Translations under genes and position numbers: made by a program
Shown: in pieces, positions 9,224 through 18,677 of the stretch
Layout: each line of letters begins with the position of its first letter
Position numbering within the stretch: the stretch's first letter is position 1
Assembly (NCBI GenBank): GCA_013911165.1
Contig: JACETR010000001.1
Location: 21,124-85,123, forward strand
DNA from: Planctomycetota bacterium
Lineage (GTDB): Bacteria > Planctomycetota > UBA8108 > UBA1146
Length of the DNA stretch: 64,000 nt
Direction: 5' to 3'
Notes under the pieces: generated by a model
Told to the model about the DNA's origin: nothing
The model's database searches: none
Seen by the model: only the letters and a program-made list of their open reading frames with translations

Positions 9224-10723
9224 CTAGTTCTGCAGCATCTGCACGTAAAGGCTCAGCGTCGGCTGAACCAGTTTGGTGAAGGTCGACGGGTAAAGACCGA
9301 GCCAAACCATCATGATCACAAAGGGGCTCAAGTAGAGAATCTCCCGCGTTTGAAGATCCGGGACATTTCTGTTGGCATCGTGAACGAGTGGGCCAAAGAG
9401 AAACATCTTCGTCATCTTCAACATGTAAAGTGCTCCAAGCACGACACCGGAAGCGGCCAATATTCCCCAGACAGCGTCGGCACGGAATGCACCGAAGAGG
9501 ATCAGGAACTCACCGACAAAGCCGTTGAGACCCGGCAGTCCAATACTGGAGAGCACGGCGATGATGAAGAAAACGGAGTAAACAGGGACGACTCCTGCGA
9601 GTCCGCCGTAATCCGCCAGTTCACGGGTGTGACGCCGCTCGTAAATGATCCCGATCATCAGGAAGAGCATTCCGGTCGACAGGCCGTGGTTGACCATTTG
9701 AAGGATCGCTCCGGTGAGGGATTCAACGTCGTTCATGAAGCAGGCGAGAACGACAAACCCAAGGTGACTGACCGACGAATAGGCGATCAACTTCTTGATG
9801 TCTGTCTGAACCAGTGCCATGCAGGCCCCGAAGATGATTCCGGTGACAGCCAGCCAGCAGAATTCCTCGCGCAAATCCATCGCCGCCTCGGGGAAGAGGG
9901 GGATGGCGAATCGCAGTAATCCATAGGTGCCCATCTTCAGCAACACACCCGCCAGCACGACCGATCCAGCAGTCGGTGCCTGAACGTGTGCATCCGGTAG
10001 CCATGTATGCAAGGGGAAGAGTGGCACCTTGATGGCGAAAGACAATGCAAATGCCAGGAAGAGCCAGAATTGCTGTGTGCCGTCGAGGGGGTTGGTGGTT
10101 CTCAATCGCTCCAGCAACAGCGGCAAGTCAAAGGTGCCGGCATGGTTGTAGAGATAGAGGATCGCCAGAAACATGAAGAGACTGCCGACCATCGTGTAGA
10201 TGAAGAACTTCAACGCTGCATAGACCCGGTCTTTGCCGCCCCAAATACCGATGATCAAGTACATCGGCACCAGCATTGCCTCATAGAAGAGATAGAAGAG
10301 GATGAGATCGAGGGCGACAAAGGCACCAATCATGCCGGTCTGCAACAGCAGAAGGGCGATGTGGAACTCTTTGACCCGTGAGTCGACCGCTTTCCAGGTA
10401 CTGAGGAAAACGAAGGGCATGCTGAAGCTGGTCAACAAAATCAGCAACACGGAGAAACCGTCAACTCCCAAATGGTAGGAGATCCCAAGGGATTCGATCC
10501 AGGGAAGGTTTTCCTCCATCTGCATCGTTCCCACGGTTGCGTCGAAGTTGCCCACCATGATCAGGGAAAAGAGGAGCCCCAGAAAACTGACCATCAGGGC
10601 AATTTGGCGGATTAGCGCCTTGTTGTTGTGGTCGATCAGAGTCAGCAACAGGGCACCCAATGCGGGAGTCAGGGTCACAAGACTCAGAATCGGCATCTTG
10701 AAGGATTCAAGTTCGGGAATCAT
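9224..10723 (-). CDS. nuoM: NADH-quinone oxidoreductase subunit M
   Basis: 'WLPDAHVQAPTAGSVVLAGVLLKMG' is an ND4/NuoM motif. The start was set to ATG 10723, which forms an ATGA overlap with the nuoL stop. Confidence 0.92.
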   Translation of the reverse strand: MIPELESFKMPILSLVTLTPALGALLLTLIDHNNKALIRQIALMVSFLGLLFSLIMVGNFDATVGTMQMEENLPWIESLGISYHLGVDGFSVLLILLTSFSMPFVFLSTWKAVDSRVKEFHIALLLLQTGMIGAFVALDLILFYLFYEAMLVPMYLIIGIWGGKDRVYAALKFFIYTMVGSLFMFLAILYLYNHAGTFDLPLLLERLRTTNPLDGTQQFWLFLAFALSFAIKVPLFPLHTWLPDAHVQAPTAGSVVLAGVLLKMGTYGLLRFAIPLFPEAAMDLREEFCWLAVTGIIFGACMALVQTDIKKLIAYSSVSHLGFVVLACFMNDVESLTGAILQMVNHGLSTGMLFLMIGIIYERRHTRELADYGGLAGVVPVYSVFFIIAVLSSIGLPGLNGFVGEFLILFGAFRADAVWGILAASGVVLGALYMLKMTKMFLFGPLVHDANRNVPDLQTREILYLSPFVIMMVWLGLYPSTFTKLVQPTLSLYVQMLQN

Positions 10724-12732
10724 TGTGCACCTCCCTTCGCCAGTTGGTTCAGAAGGATGTAGATCAGGACCAATGCACCACAACCGAAGGTCAGCAGATA
10801 TCCGGGAATGAATCCGGTCTGCATCCTGCGGGTCAGCTCACCGAATCCCCTGACGAGGAGGGCGGAGCCACCGACCAGAAGGCGGTCGATCAGGACCTGG
10901 TCGATCAGGGTATGCATCAACTGACTGATCGCCTCGAAAGGACGAACGATCAGAAATGCATAAAGTTCATCAACGTAAAACTTGTTCTCGGAAAGTTTGC
11001 CGAGGAATGCTCCCGGAGCACTGGAGCGGAATGCCGCAGGCAATCCACTTCCATTGCGATAGAAGAGATATCCCACGAGAAGTCCAGCACCGGCGATGGC
11101 CAGGCTGATGAACATGCTGGTCCATTCTCCGGCATGAAGAATGTCCAACTCCTCCGGAGTCATGTTTGCATGCGAAACATGCAATCCGGTGAAGTGTCCA
11201 AGAATGGCGTGTCCACCCAGGAACTCGGGGACATTGAGGAATCCACCCAGCGCACTGGCAATGGCGAGGACGAACAGTGCGAAACCGATCCAGCCTCCCG
11301 GCTCATGGACCTTGCCTTCCAGTTTGGCGTCGACATTGCTGTTGCCCCAGAAGGTCATGGCCACGCAACGCATCATGTAGAAAGCGGTCATGCCCGCTGT
11401 CGCCACGGAAACGTACCAGAACATCGTGGCCAAAGAGTTGCCATCCATGATTCCGGCTTTGTAGCCCGCAAAGAGGATCTCGTCCTTGGAGAAGAATCCT
11501 GCAAGGGGGGGCACTCCGGCAATGGCAAAGGTTCCGATGAGGAAGGTCAGATGGGTAAACGGCAACTGTTTGCGCAGGCCGCCCATCTTTCTCATGTCCT
11601 GTTCATGGTGCATGGCATGAATCACCGCACCTGATCCGAGGAAGAGCAGGGCCTTGAAGAAGGCGTGGGTGACCACGTGGAAGAAGGCTGCGGAAAAGGC
11701 TCCGACTCCGATGGCGAAGAACATGTATCCCAGCTGACTGACAGTGGAGTACGCGAGGACCTTCTTGATGTCGTTTTGTGTAAAGGCGATCAGGGCAGCC
11801 AGAAGAGCCGTGCATGCTCCGACGACGGCAACGATGCTGAGGGCCATGGGTGCCGCTTCGAACAGTGGCATGAGTCGGCAGCAGAGATAAACCCCTGAAG
11901 TCACCATCGTTGCCGCGTGAATCAATGCAGAAACGGGAGTGGGGCCTGCCATGGCGTCAGGAAGCCAGACGTAAAGGGGGATCTGTGCACTTTTTCCGGT
12001 GGCCCCGATAAACAGCAAGATGGCAATCGCAGTGATGACTGCCATGCCTCCCGTTCCTGTTTCGGGGTCTGCCATGAAGCCGGTAGTCTCCATGGAGACC
12101 TGGGCGATGTTGTCAGCGTTGGTCAGGGCGGACATTTCCAGAGTGCCGAAGTAGATCAGGCACAGGAACATCCCAAGCAGGAATGCCAGATCGCCGACCC
12201 TGTTGACGATGAAGGCCTTCTTGCCCGCAGCGCAATTCTCGTCCTCCTGGAACCAGAATCCGATCAGCAGGTAAGAGCAGAGGCCAACACCTTCCCATCC
12301 GATGAACAACAACAGCAGGTTGTCACCGAGCACCAGCAACAACATGAAGGTGGTGAACAGGTTCAGGTAGGCAAAGTAGCGGTGGTATCCGGGGTCACCC
12401 TTCATGTACCCGATGGAGTACAGGTGAATGAGCGATCCGACTCCGGTGATCACCAGGCACATGACTGCGCTGAGGCCATCAAAGTGAAGTGCAAAAGGGA
12501 TCTCGAGAATTCCATCGAGCCAGATCCACGGGAATCCATCCCAGTGGAGAGCCCCGGAAGAGGTCGGATCAATGATTTTTCTCCACGCACCGAAGGAGAC
12601 CATGAAGGCCAGCAGTGGTGCGACGGAAGCGATGACGGATACGGCCCTGTTCCCCAAGCGTTTGCCCAGAATTCCGTTGAGGAGGAATCCAAGGAATGGG
12701 AAGAGCGGGATCCACAGTAGATTACTGTCCAT
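10720..12732 (-). CDS. nuoL: NADH-quinone oxidoreductase subunit L
   Basis: 670 aa. 'WLPDAMAGPTPVSALIHAATMVTSGVYL' is an ND5/NuoL motif. Confidence 0.93.
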   Translation of the reverse strand: MDSNLLWIPLFPFLGFLLNGILGKRLGNRAVSVIASVAPLLAFMVSFGAWRKIIDPTSSGALHWDGFPWIWLDGILEIPFALHFDGLSAVMCLVITGVGSLIHLYSIGYMKGDPGYHRYFAYLNLFTTFMLLLVLGDNLLLLFIGWEGVGLCSYLLIGFWFQEDENCAAGKKAFIVNRVGDLAFLLGMFLCLIYFGTLEMSALTNADNIAQVSMETTGFMADPETGTGGMAVITAIAILLFIGATGKSAQIPLYVWLPDAMAGPTPVSALIHAATMVTSGVYLCCRLMPLFEAAPMALSIVAVVGACTALLAALIAFTQNDIKKVLAYSTVSQLGYMFFAIGVGAFSAAFFHVVTHAFFKALLFLGSGAVIHAMHHEQDMRKMGGLRKQLPFTHLTFLIGTFAIAGVPPLAGFFSKDEILFAGYKAGIMDGNSLATMFWYVSVATAGMTAFYMMRCVAMTFWGNSNVDAKLEGKVHEPGGWIGFALFVLAIASALGGFLNVPEFLGGHAILGHFTGLHVSHANMTPEELDILHAGEWTSMFISLAIAGAGLLVGYLFYRNGSGLPAAFRSSAPGAFLGKLSENKFYVDELYAFLIVRPFEAISQLMHTLIDQVLIDRLLVGGSALLVRGFGELTRRMQTGFIPGYLLTFGCGALVLIYILLNQLAKGGAQ

Positions 12733-12742
12733 TATTTCCCCC

Positions 12743-13063
12743 TCAGCCGCTCAACCGGCAGAGTTCGCGGAGGTCGATGGTTTTCCACCTGCGCCAGATC
12801 AGCAGCAACAGGGAGAGACCGATCGCAGCCTCGGCGGCGGCAACCGCAAGGACCATCAGTGTGAAAATCTGTCCACCGTGCTCACCGGAGGTGGTCGAGA
12901 GGGCGTGGACCCTGCCAAAACCTACCAGGGCAATGTTGACTGCATTCAGCATCAACTCGAGGGACATCAGCACGACGAGAATGTTGCGTCGGGCAAGAAC
13001 GCCGTAGATCCCGATGCTGAAAAGCAGTGCGCTGAGATAAAGGAGTGCTGGCAGACTAAACAT
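12743..13063 (-). CDS. nuoK: NADH-quinone oxidoreductase subunit K
   Basis: 106 aa, three TM helices (ND4L-like), positioned between nuoJ and nuoL. Confidence 0.88.
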   Translation of the reverse strand: MFSLPALLYLSALLFSIGIYGVLARRNILVVLMSLELMLNAVNIALVGFGRVHALSTTSGEHGGQIFTLMVLAVAAAEAAIGLSLLLLIWRRWKTIDLRELCRLSG

Positions 13064-13646
13064 CGGTCACCAGCCTCTCTTCGTTGGATTCATCCTCATC
13101 CGCAGAAGACGGTCTTTGTTTCATGGCAATATGCACAGCACCGATGATTCCGACGAGAATCAGGATGGAAGCCACTTCGAAGACCAGCAGGTGCTTGCTG
13201 AACAGTTCGTAACCAAAAGCCTCGATGGCACCATGGGTAGCGGGGACTTCAGTGAGTGCGGGAATGCCACCGGGGGTGGTCATTTCTGTCACCAAATCGG
13301 AATTGCTGATGCCAAAGGTCAGCAATGCGAAGACCAGGAGAGAAACTCCTGCGGCAAAAGCTTTTTCTGAGGTGCCGCCTTCGTCCGGGAGGGTCTCGTC
13401 TCTCGGGTTGATCAGCATGATCACGAAGAGATACAAAACCATGATGGCACCTGCGTAGACGAGGAGCTGCATGAATCCCAGGAAGGTCGCGTCCAAAAGC
13501 ATGAAAATCCCGGCGACCATGGCGAACATGACGACCAGGAATAGTGCTGAGTAAATCGGGTTCTTCCTCGTGACGACGAGGAAGGAACTGAGTACTGAAA
13601 CAGTAGCCAGAATCCCGAATACCAGATGTTCTAACCAACCACTCAA
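13056..13646 (-). CDS. nuoJ: NADH-quinone oxidoreductase subunit J
   Basis: 196-aa ND6-like membrane protein; 8-nt overlap with nuoK. Confidence 0.85.
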   Translation of the reverse strand: MSGWLEHLVFGILATVSVLSSFLVVTRKNPIYSALFLVVMFAMVAGIFMLLDATFLGFMQLLVYAGAIMVLYLFVIMLINPRDETLPDEGGTSEKAFAAGVSLLVFALLTFGISNSDLVTEMTTPGGIPALTEVPATHGAIEAFGYELFSKHLLVFEVASILILVGIIGAVHIAMKQRPSSADEDESNEERLVTDV

Positions 13647-13688
13647 CTTTTCGCCCCCATCTTCGGTCCCATTTGATTTCTCAATCCA

Positions 13689-14168
13689 TCAAAGGGAGAG
13701 GAGTTTTTCTTTGTTGTAGATTTTTTCACCCCTGCTTCTGGAGGGGATGTTGTAGATCGGAGTCAACTCGATGGCGTCGCAGGGGCACGCTTCTTCGCAC
13801 ATGCCACAGTAGATGCAACGCATCATGTCAATGTTGAAGAGACGGGGCCTCTTCTCCCTGTCACCCCAGGGAGCCTCCTCCGCTACGATTTCGATGCAAT
13901 GTGCTGGGCAGGCGGTGGAGCATAGGAAGCAGGCCACACATTTTTCTCTGCCGAGTTCATCGCGCTTCAGGCGGTGCTCACCCCGGTAGCCCGGAAACGG
14001 AGTCCGTTTTTCGGCGGGGTAGTGAATCGTATTGGGTTCATTACGAAGAATGTGGGAAAGGGTGTTGGCGAGACCCTTGATGAGAGGCATGCCGAAGGCA
14101 GCTTTCTCCCGAGGGACGGTCGTTGCCGTTTCCGGTTTTTCTTCTGGGGTCTCTTCGTGGTTTGCCAC
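13689..14168 (-). CDS. nuoI: NADH-quinone oxidoreductase subunit I (2x[4Fe-4S])
   Basis: Two ferredoxin-type cysteine clusters: 'CVACFLCSTACP' and 'CIYCGMCEEACP'. Confidence 0.92.
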   Translation of the reverse strand: MANHEETPEEKPETATTVPREKAAFGMPLIKGLANTLSHILRNEPNTIHYPAEKRTPFPGYRGEHRLKRDELGREKCVACFLCSTACPAHCIEIVAEEAPWGDREKRPRLFNIDMMRCIYCGMCEEACPCDAIELTPIYNIPSRSRGEKIYNKEKLLSL

Positions 14169-14195
14169 GGGGACACCTTTCTTCTTCAGCCGCTC

Positions 14196-15251
14196 CTACC
14201 AGGGAAGCGGAATCAGCCAATTCCAGCCAAGCACTCCGGAGAGAGCGGTTAATCCAAGGTTCAAAAGGGACAACGGAATAAAGACTTTCCAGCCAATATT
14301 CATCAGTTGGTCGTAGCGGAATCTGGGAAGCGTCCAGCGCACCCAGATGTAGAAGAACAGCAAGAGGACCAGTTTGCCCATGAAGATTCCCACGCTGAGT
14401 GCCACGTCACCGATGGACGGGCTTGTTGGAATCTCCACCCAGGGCAGGCTCCAGCCACCGAGGAACATCGTCACCATCAGTGCGGACATGGTGATCATGG
14501 CGACATATTCACCCATGAAGAACATGGCAAATTTGAGGCCGGTGTATTCGGTGTGGAATCCTCCCACCAATTCTGCCTCACACTCGGGGAGGTCGAATGG
14601 AAGGCGGTTTGTTTCTGCAAATGCGGCAACGAGGAAAATGAAAGCGGCGAGGGGTTGCTGGAACAGGTTCCACTCCAGCAGTCCTACCGTTCCAGCGGCC
14701 CACTGTTGCCGGATGATGCTGTTCAGATCGACCGTCTCCGCAGTCATCAGGATGGCGATCACGGATAGACCGAGAGCAACTTCGTAGCTGATCAACTGGG
14801 CAGAGGCGCGCAGTCCACCGAGTAGCGAGTACTTGTTGTTAGAGGCCCAGCCGCCGAAGGCGAGTCCGTAAACGGAGAAGCCGCCGATGGTCAGCAGGAA
14901 GATCACGCCCACGTCAAAGGAGGCCACTTGCAGGTCCATGCCCACAGGGATCACCGTGAAGGCAAGTATCGCCGGGGCGTACACGAGCGCGGGACCCAGA
15001 CGGTAGATCCATTTGTCGACACCTTCAGGGGTCAGGTCCTCTTTGAATGCCAATTTGATGACATCGGCGAGGGGTTGCAGAAGACCCACGGGGCCTACCT
15101 GGTTCGGTCCGATCCGGTCCTGAATCCATGCGGCCAGTCGGCGCTCGAAGTAGACCAGAGCCGGAACGATTTGCAGGACTGCAGCAAAGATCACGATGGC
15201 TCGCAAAGCTGCAAAAAAGAAATCGAGTAAAGGAGTACCGGCGTCGCTCAT
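14196..15251 (-). CDS. nuoH: NADH-quinone oxidoreductase subunit H
   Basis: 'FAETNRLPFDLPECEAELVGGFHTEYTG' is an ND1/NuoH signature. Confidence 0.93.
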   Translation of the reverse strand: MSDAGTPLLDFFFAALRAIVIFAAVLQIVPALVYFERRLAAWIQDRIGPNQVGPVGLLQPLADVIKLAFKEDLTPEGVDKWIYRLGPALVYAPAILAFTVIPVGMDLQVASFDVGVIFLLTIGGFSVYGLAFGGWASNNKYSLLGGLRASAQLISYEVALGLSVIAILMTAETVDLNSIIRQQWAAGTVGLLEWNLFQQPLAAFIFLVAAFAETNRLPFDLPECEAELVGGFHTEYTGLKFAMFFMGEYVAMITMSALMVTMFLGGWSLPWVEIPTSPSIGDVALSVGIFMGKLVLLLFFYIWVRWTLPRFRYDQLMNIGWKVFIPLSLLNLGLTALSGVLGWNWLIPLPW

Positions 15252-16861
15252 GACTGGCCTCCTTCACTGCTCATCGCTGCAGGTCTTTGTGAAAGGGGAG
15301 TTCCCGAGTCGCCGAGGCTGCTGTGGCTGTGACCAGAGAAAGCGTCGGAAGCTTCGGAGAGTTCACGGAAGATTCCTGCCGCAGACAACGGACGGTTTCG
15401 CTGTTCCATATGTACCTGAAGCTCCTGCAAGACCACCAACTCGGAAGGGAAGTGGTTTGACGTCAGGGACCTGCAGGATCGGGTCCTTTGTGCCCGGTCG
15501 TCTTCGTTGACCCAGACACCTTCCTTTTCGAGAGGAGCAGTGGCAGGGATAACGAGGTCGGCACCGTCACACCAGGAGCCCTGTTGGGTGGCGAAGACAA
15601 TCCGCTTGCCGGCTTTGGAGATCAGGTCATTCCATTCTCCGCCGGCTCCTTCAAATCCGTCACCGCCGACGAAGGCGACGAGGGTATCGATGGATCCGTT
15701 GGAAAGAGCGGATTTCAACTGGTCGGCAGAGGTCGTGAACAGGTCACCGCCGAGAACGTGCTCAGCCCCTTTTCGGTTCGGGTGCTTGTCCGCACTGATT
15801 TTGAATCCGCCTGGGAAGTTTTCTTCAGTGCCGGTAGCTGGAAGCCAGCCGGCGATGGTGCTGCCGCCGAGAGAGTTGGCGATGCTGCGAACCAAATGAA
15901 GTTCTTCGCAGGTCATGAACGGGTCAACAAGGAAAGCGGTGGAAGAAGAACTGCTGAGCAGCTGGTGGAGAGCTCCACTGGTTCCAGTGGGCGAAACGGC
16001 TTGACCGTCATGCTGTGCGCCCTCGAGGCGGCTATCGGCATAAAGGTGTCTCCAACCGTAGCGGCCGTGATCGCACATCCACCAATCGTTGACGTCCAGA
16101 TTCTCTCTGGGCGTCAGTCTTTTGACGAAATTATCCAGAGATTCAACTTCCACGTTGCAGCCCCTGGAGCACCCTCCACAGACGGAAGAGGTTTTATCCA
16201 TATTCCAGACGCGGGCTTCGTATTTGAAGTCACTGGAGATCAATGCTCCGACGGGGCAGATGTCTACGGTGTTGCCTGCCAGAGAATTGTCGATGGGGAC
16301 TCCCGGGAAGACGTCGACAACGGAGCGGTCGCCACGTTCAACAACGCACAGTTCACCGGTGCCACTGATCTCGTCACAGAACCGGACACAGCGGGTGCAG
16401 ACGATACAGCGATTGCCCCAAATGTCGATGGTCGGACCGAGCTCCTTGGTGTGGCGAATGTTTTTATCCTCAACGAATCGACTGCGATCAGGGCCGTGCT
16501 CGTAGGAATGGTCCTGGAGGACGCACTCGCCGGCCTTGTCGCAGACGGGGCAGTCGAGGGGGTGGTTGATCAACTGGAATTCCATCACCGAGTTTCGGGC
16601 GTCAACGGCGACCTCACTCTGTGTTTTGATTTCCAGACCTTCGGCGATTCTTTCCGAACAGGAGATCACCGGCTTCGGAGAGCGATTACTCTCAACCATG
16701 CAGATTCGACAGTTACCCGCAATACTCAGTCCGGGGTGGTAACAGAACTGGGGAATGTCGACACCATGGACTTTTGCGGCCTCCATGATGGTCATGCCCG
16801 CTTCGTTCTCGACCTCTGTTCCATTCAGGGTCCAGCGCACTGTTGAGTTGGAATCAGACAT
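15248..16861 (-). CDS. nuoG: NADH-quinone oxidoreductase subunit G (short form)
   Basis: 'CYHPGLSIAGNCRICMVE' (2Fe-2S), 'HPLDCPVCDKAGECVLQD', 'CIVCTRCVRFC'. The start was set to ATG 16861 ('MSDSNSTVRW'), overlapping the nuoF stop by 8 nt. Confidence 0.9.
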   Translation of the reverse strand: MSDSNSTVRWTLNGTEVENEAGMTIMEAAKVHGVDIPQFCYHPGLSIAGNCRICMVESNRSPKPVISCSERIAEGLEIKTQSEVAVDARNSVMEFQLINHPLDCPVCDKAGECVLQDHSYEHGPDRSRFVEDKNIRHTKELGPTIDIWGNRCIVCTRCVRFCDEISGTGELCVVERGDRSVVDVFPGVPIDNSLAGNTVDICPVGALISSDFKYEARVWNMDKTSSVCGGCSRGCNVEVESLDNFVKRLTPRENLDVNDWWMCDHGRYGWRHLYADSRLEGAQHDGQAVSPTGTSGALHQLLSSSSSTAFLVDPFMTCEELHLVRSIANSLGGSTIAGWLPATGTEENFPGGFKISADKHPNRKGAEHVLGGDLFTTSADQLKSALSNGSIDTLVAFVGGDGFEGAGGEWNDLISKAGKRIVFATQQGSWCDGADLVIPATAPLEKEGVWVNEDDRAQRTRSCRSLTSNHFPSELVVLQELQVHMEQRNRPLSAAGIFRELSEASDAFSGHSHSSLGDSGTPLSQRPAAMSSEGGQS

Positions 16862-18167
16862 GTGCTGCGGCTCCTCCCGTGTTGGCGGGGTGTCGTTTGA
16901 CCCACGCAGGGCTGCCACCGTTTTCGATGGCGGCGACAAAGTCTTCGCGGAACTTCTTGACGATGGATTCGGCGGGGAATGCGGCAGCATCGGCCAGTGC
17001 GCAGATCGTTTTGCCGACCATTCGATCGCAAACTTCTGTCACCAGATCCAGGTCCTCCATGCGACCTCCACCGACGGCGATGCGGTGGGCGATTTTTTCA
17101 AGCCAACCGGTTCCCTCGCGGCAGGGGGTGCACTGACCACAAGATTCGTGGTGATAGAAACGCATAATATTCAGCAGGGCGTCAACCATGCAGGTTGTTT
17201 CGTCCATGACGATCACCCCTGCAGATCCCAGCATGGTTCCTGCAGCTGCCAGAGACTCGATGTCCATGGCCACGTCACACTCGTCAGCAGTGAGAACGTG
17301 CGCGGATGATCCTCCGGGAATGACCGCTTTCAGTTTGCGACCCTTCCAGACACCACCGGCGTGTTCATCGATCAGGGTTCTCAGGGAAACGCCCATGGGG
17401 AGCTCAAAGACTCCGGGCTTCTCCACATGTCCACTGACGCAGAACAGTTTGGGGCCCGGAGAATTCTCGGGACCGATCTTTCGGTATTCTTCTGCACCGA
17501 TTTCGAGAATGTAGGGCAGGTTGGCCAGGGTCTCGACGTTGTTGACCACGGTCGGGCAGCCGAAAAGTCCTTCCACAGCGGGGAAGGGAGGCTTCAGTTT
17601 TGGTTGGCCCCGATCTCCTTCAATGGAGGTCAGCATTCCGGTTTCTTCACCACAGATGTAAGCGCCGGCTCCCCGGTGCACGGTGACGTCCAGTTTGAAA
17701 TCGCTGCCAAGGCAGTTTTCACCGAGGATCCCTTCGGAGTAGGCCCGATCGATGGCGTTCTGCAATCGATTGGCGCCGAAGACGAATTCTCCGCGAATGT
17801 AAATGTAGGCGTGATGAATGCCGACTGCCTTGCAGCAGATGATGATGCCTTCGAGAAGAAGATGAGGGTTTTTCTCCATGATCAGTCGATCTTTGAAGGT
17901 ACCCGGCTCGGATTCGTCAGCATTCACGGCGAGATACTTCGGCTTGTCCACTTGCTTGGGTACAAAGCCCCATTTCACGCCTGTGGGGAAACCGGCTCCG
18001 CCTCGACCTCGAAGATTGGCGGCCTTGACCGTTTCGATGAGGTCATCCGGCTGCCAGTCGTTGAGGGCCTTGCGAGCCTGCTCGTAGCCCCCCTTGCTCC
18101 GGTAGAACTTGAGGGAGTGGCATTTGTTTTCATGGATGTAGGGAGTGAAAATCTTGCGGAAGCTCAT
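16854..18167 (-). CDS. nuoF: NADH-quinone oxidoreductase subunit F
   Basis: 'LRGRGGAGFPTGVKW' and 'ESCGQCTPCREG'. The start was set to ATG 18167 ('MSFRKIF'), which forms an ATGA overlap with the nuoE stop. Confidence 0.93.
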   Translation of the reverse strand: MSFRKIFTPYIHENKCHSLKFYRSKGGYEQARKALNDWQPDDLIETVKAANLRGRGGAGFPTGVKWGFVPKQVDKPKYLAVNADESEPGTFKDRLIMEKNPHLLLEGIIICCKAVGIHHAYIYIRGEFVFGANRLQNAIDRAYSEGILGENCLGSDFKLDVTVHRGAGAYICGEETGMLTSIEGDRGQPKLKPPFPAVEGLFGCPTVVNNVETLANLPYILEIGAEEYRKIGPENSPGPKLFCVSGHVEKPGVFELPMGVSLRTLIDEHAGGVWKGRKLKAVIPGGSSAHVLTADECDVAMDIESLAAAGTMLGSAGVIVMDETTCMVDALLNIMRFYHHESCGQCTPCREGTGWLEKIAHRIAVGGGRMEDLDLVTEVCDRMVGKTICALADAAAFPAESIVKKFREDFVAAIENGGSPAWVKRHPANTGGAAAHV

Positions 18168-18676
18168 CAGGCACCACCCTTTCCAGCCTCTTGGCGCAAC
18201 TGCTCGATCAGGGCGTCGACATCTTCGAGGCTCAGGCCTTCGTGGTAATCGTCGTTGCACTGAATGACCGGAGCCGTGTCACAGGATCCCAGGCATTCCA
18301 CCTTTGAGAGTGTGAACAGACCGCACTCAGAAGTTTCGCCGACACCGATGCCCAGGCGCTCCGTAACTCTGGAAACGACGTCTCCAGATCCTCTCAGTGC
18401 ACAGGACAGAGTGCTGCAAACCTGCAGGTGATACTTGCCCACACCGGCTCTGCGGTAGTGGGTGTAAAAGGTCACTACGCCGAAAACGGTGGCGGGGGGG
18501 ATCTCCATGAGATCAGCCACATATTTCATCTGTGGCACACCCAATTCGCCAAATTCCGATTCGGCGATACGCAGGGTCGGCAGGAGCGCCGCCTTGCGTG
18601 TTGGGTAACGCGACAGGAGCCACTCGTATTTTTTCATGGCTTCGTCAGAGAAGGCCAGTGTTTCAGTCACGGTCAA
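18167..18676 (-). CDS. nuoE: NADH-quinone oxidoreductase subunit E
   Basis: 169 aa, thioredoxin-like 2Fe-2S pattern: 'VCSTLSCALRG..' and 'VECLGSCDTAPV'. Confidence 0.9.
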   Translation of the reverse strand: MTVTETLAFSDEAMKKYEWLLSRYPTRKAALLPTLRIAESEFGELGVPQMKYVADLMEIPPATVFGVVTFYTHYRRAGVGKYHLQVCSTLSCALRGSGDVVSRVTERLGIGVGETSECGLFTLSKVECLGSCDTAPVIQCNDDYHEGLSLEDVDALIEQLRQEAGKGGA

Positions 18677-18677
18677 C

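Noticed and set aside
15488-16846. 452-aa plus-strand ORF, together with similar long ORFs at 17361-18248, 18912-19898, 10723-11634, 11917-12720, 41332-42468, 51243-52214, 27189-28001, 1506-2363 and 985-1716.
   Set aside because: All lie antisense to genes with unmistakable conserved products (nuo subunits, SBPs, ddl/suhB, infC, aspS). Their translations are low-complexity and rich in Arg/Gly/Asp/His, as expected for shadow ORFs in GC-rich DNA.
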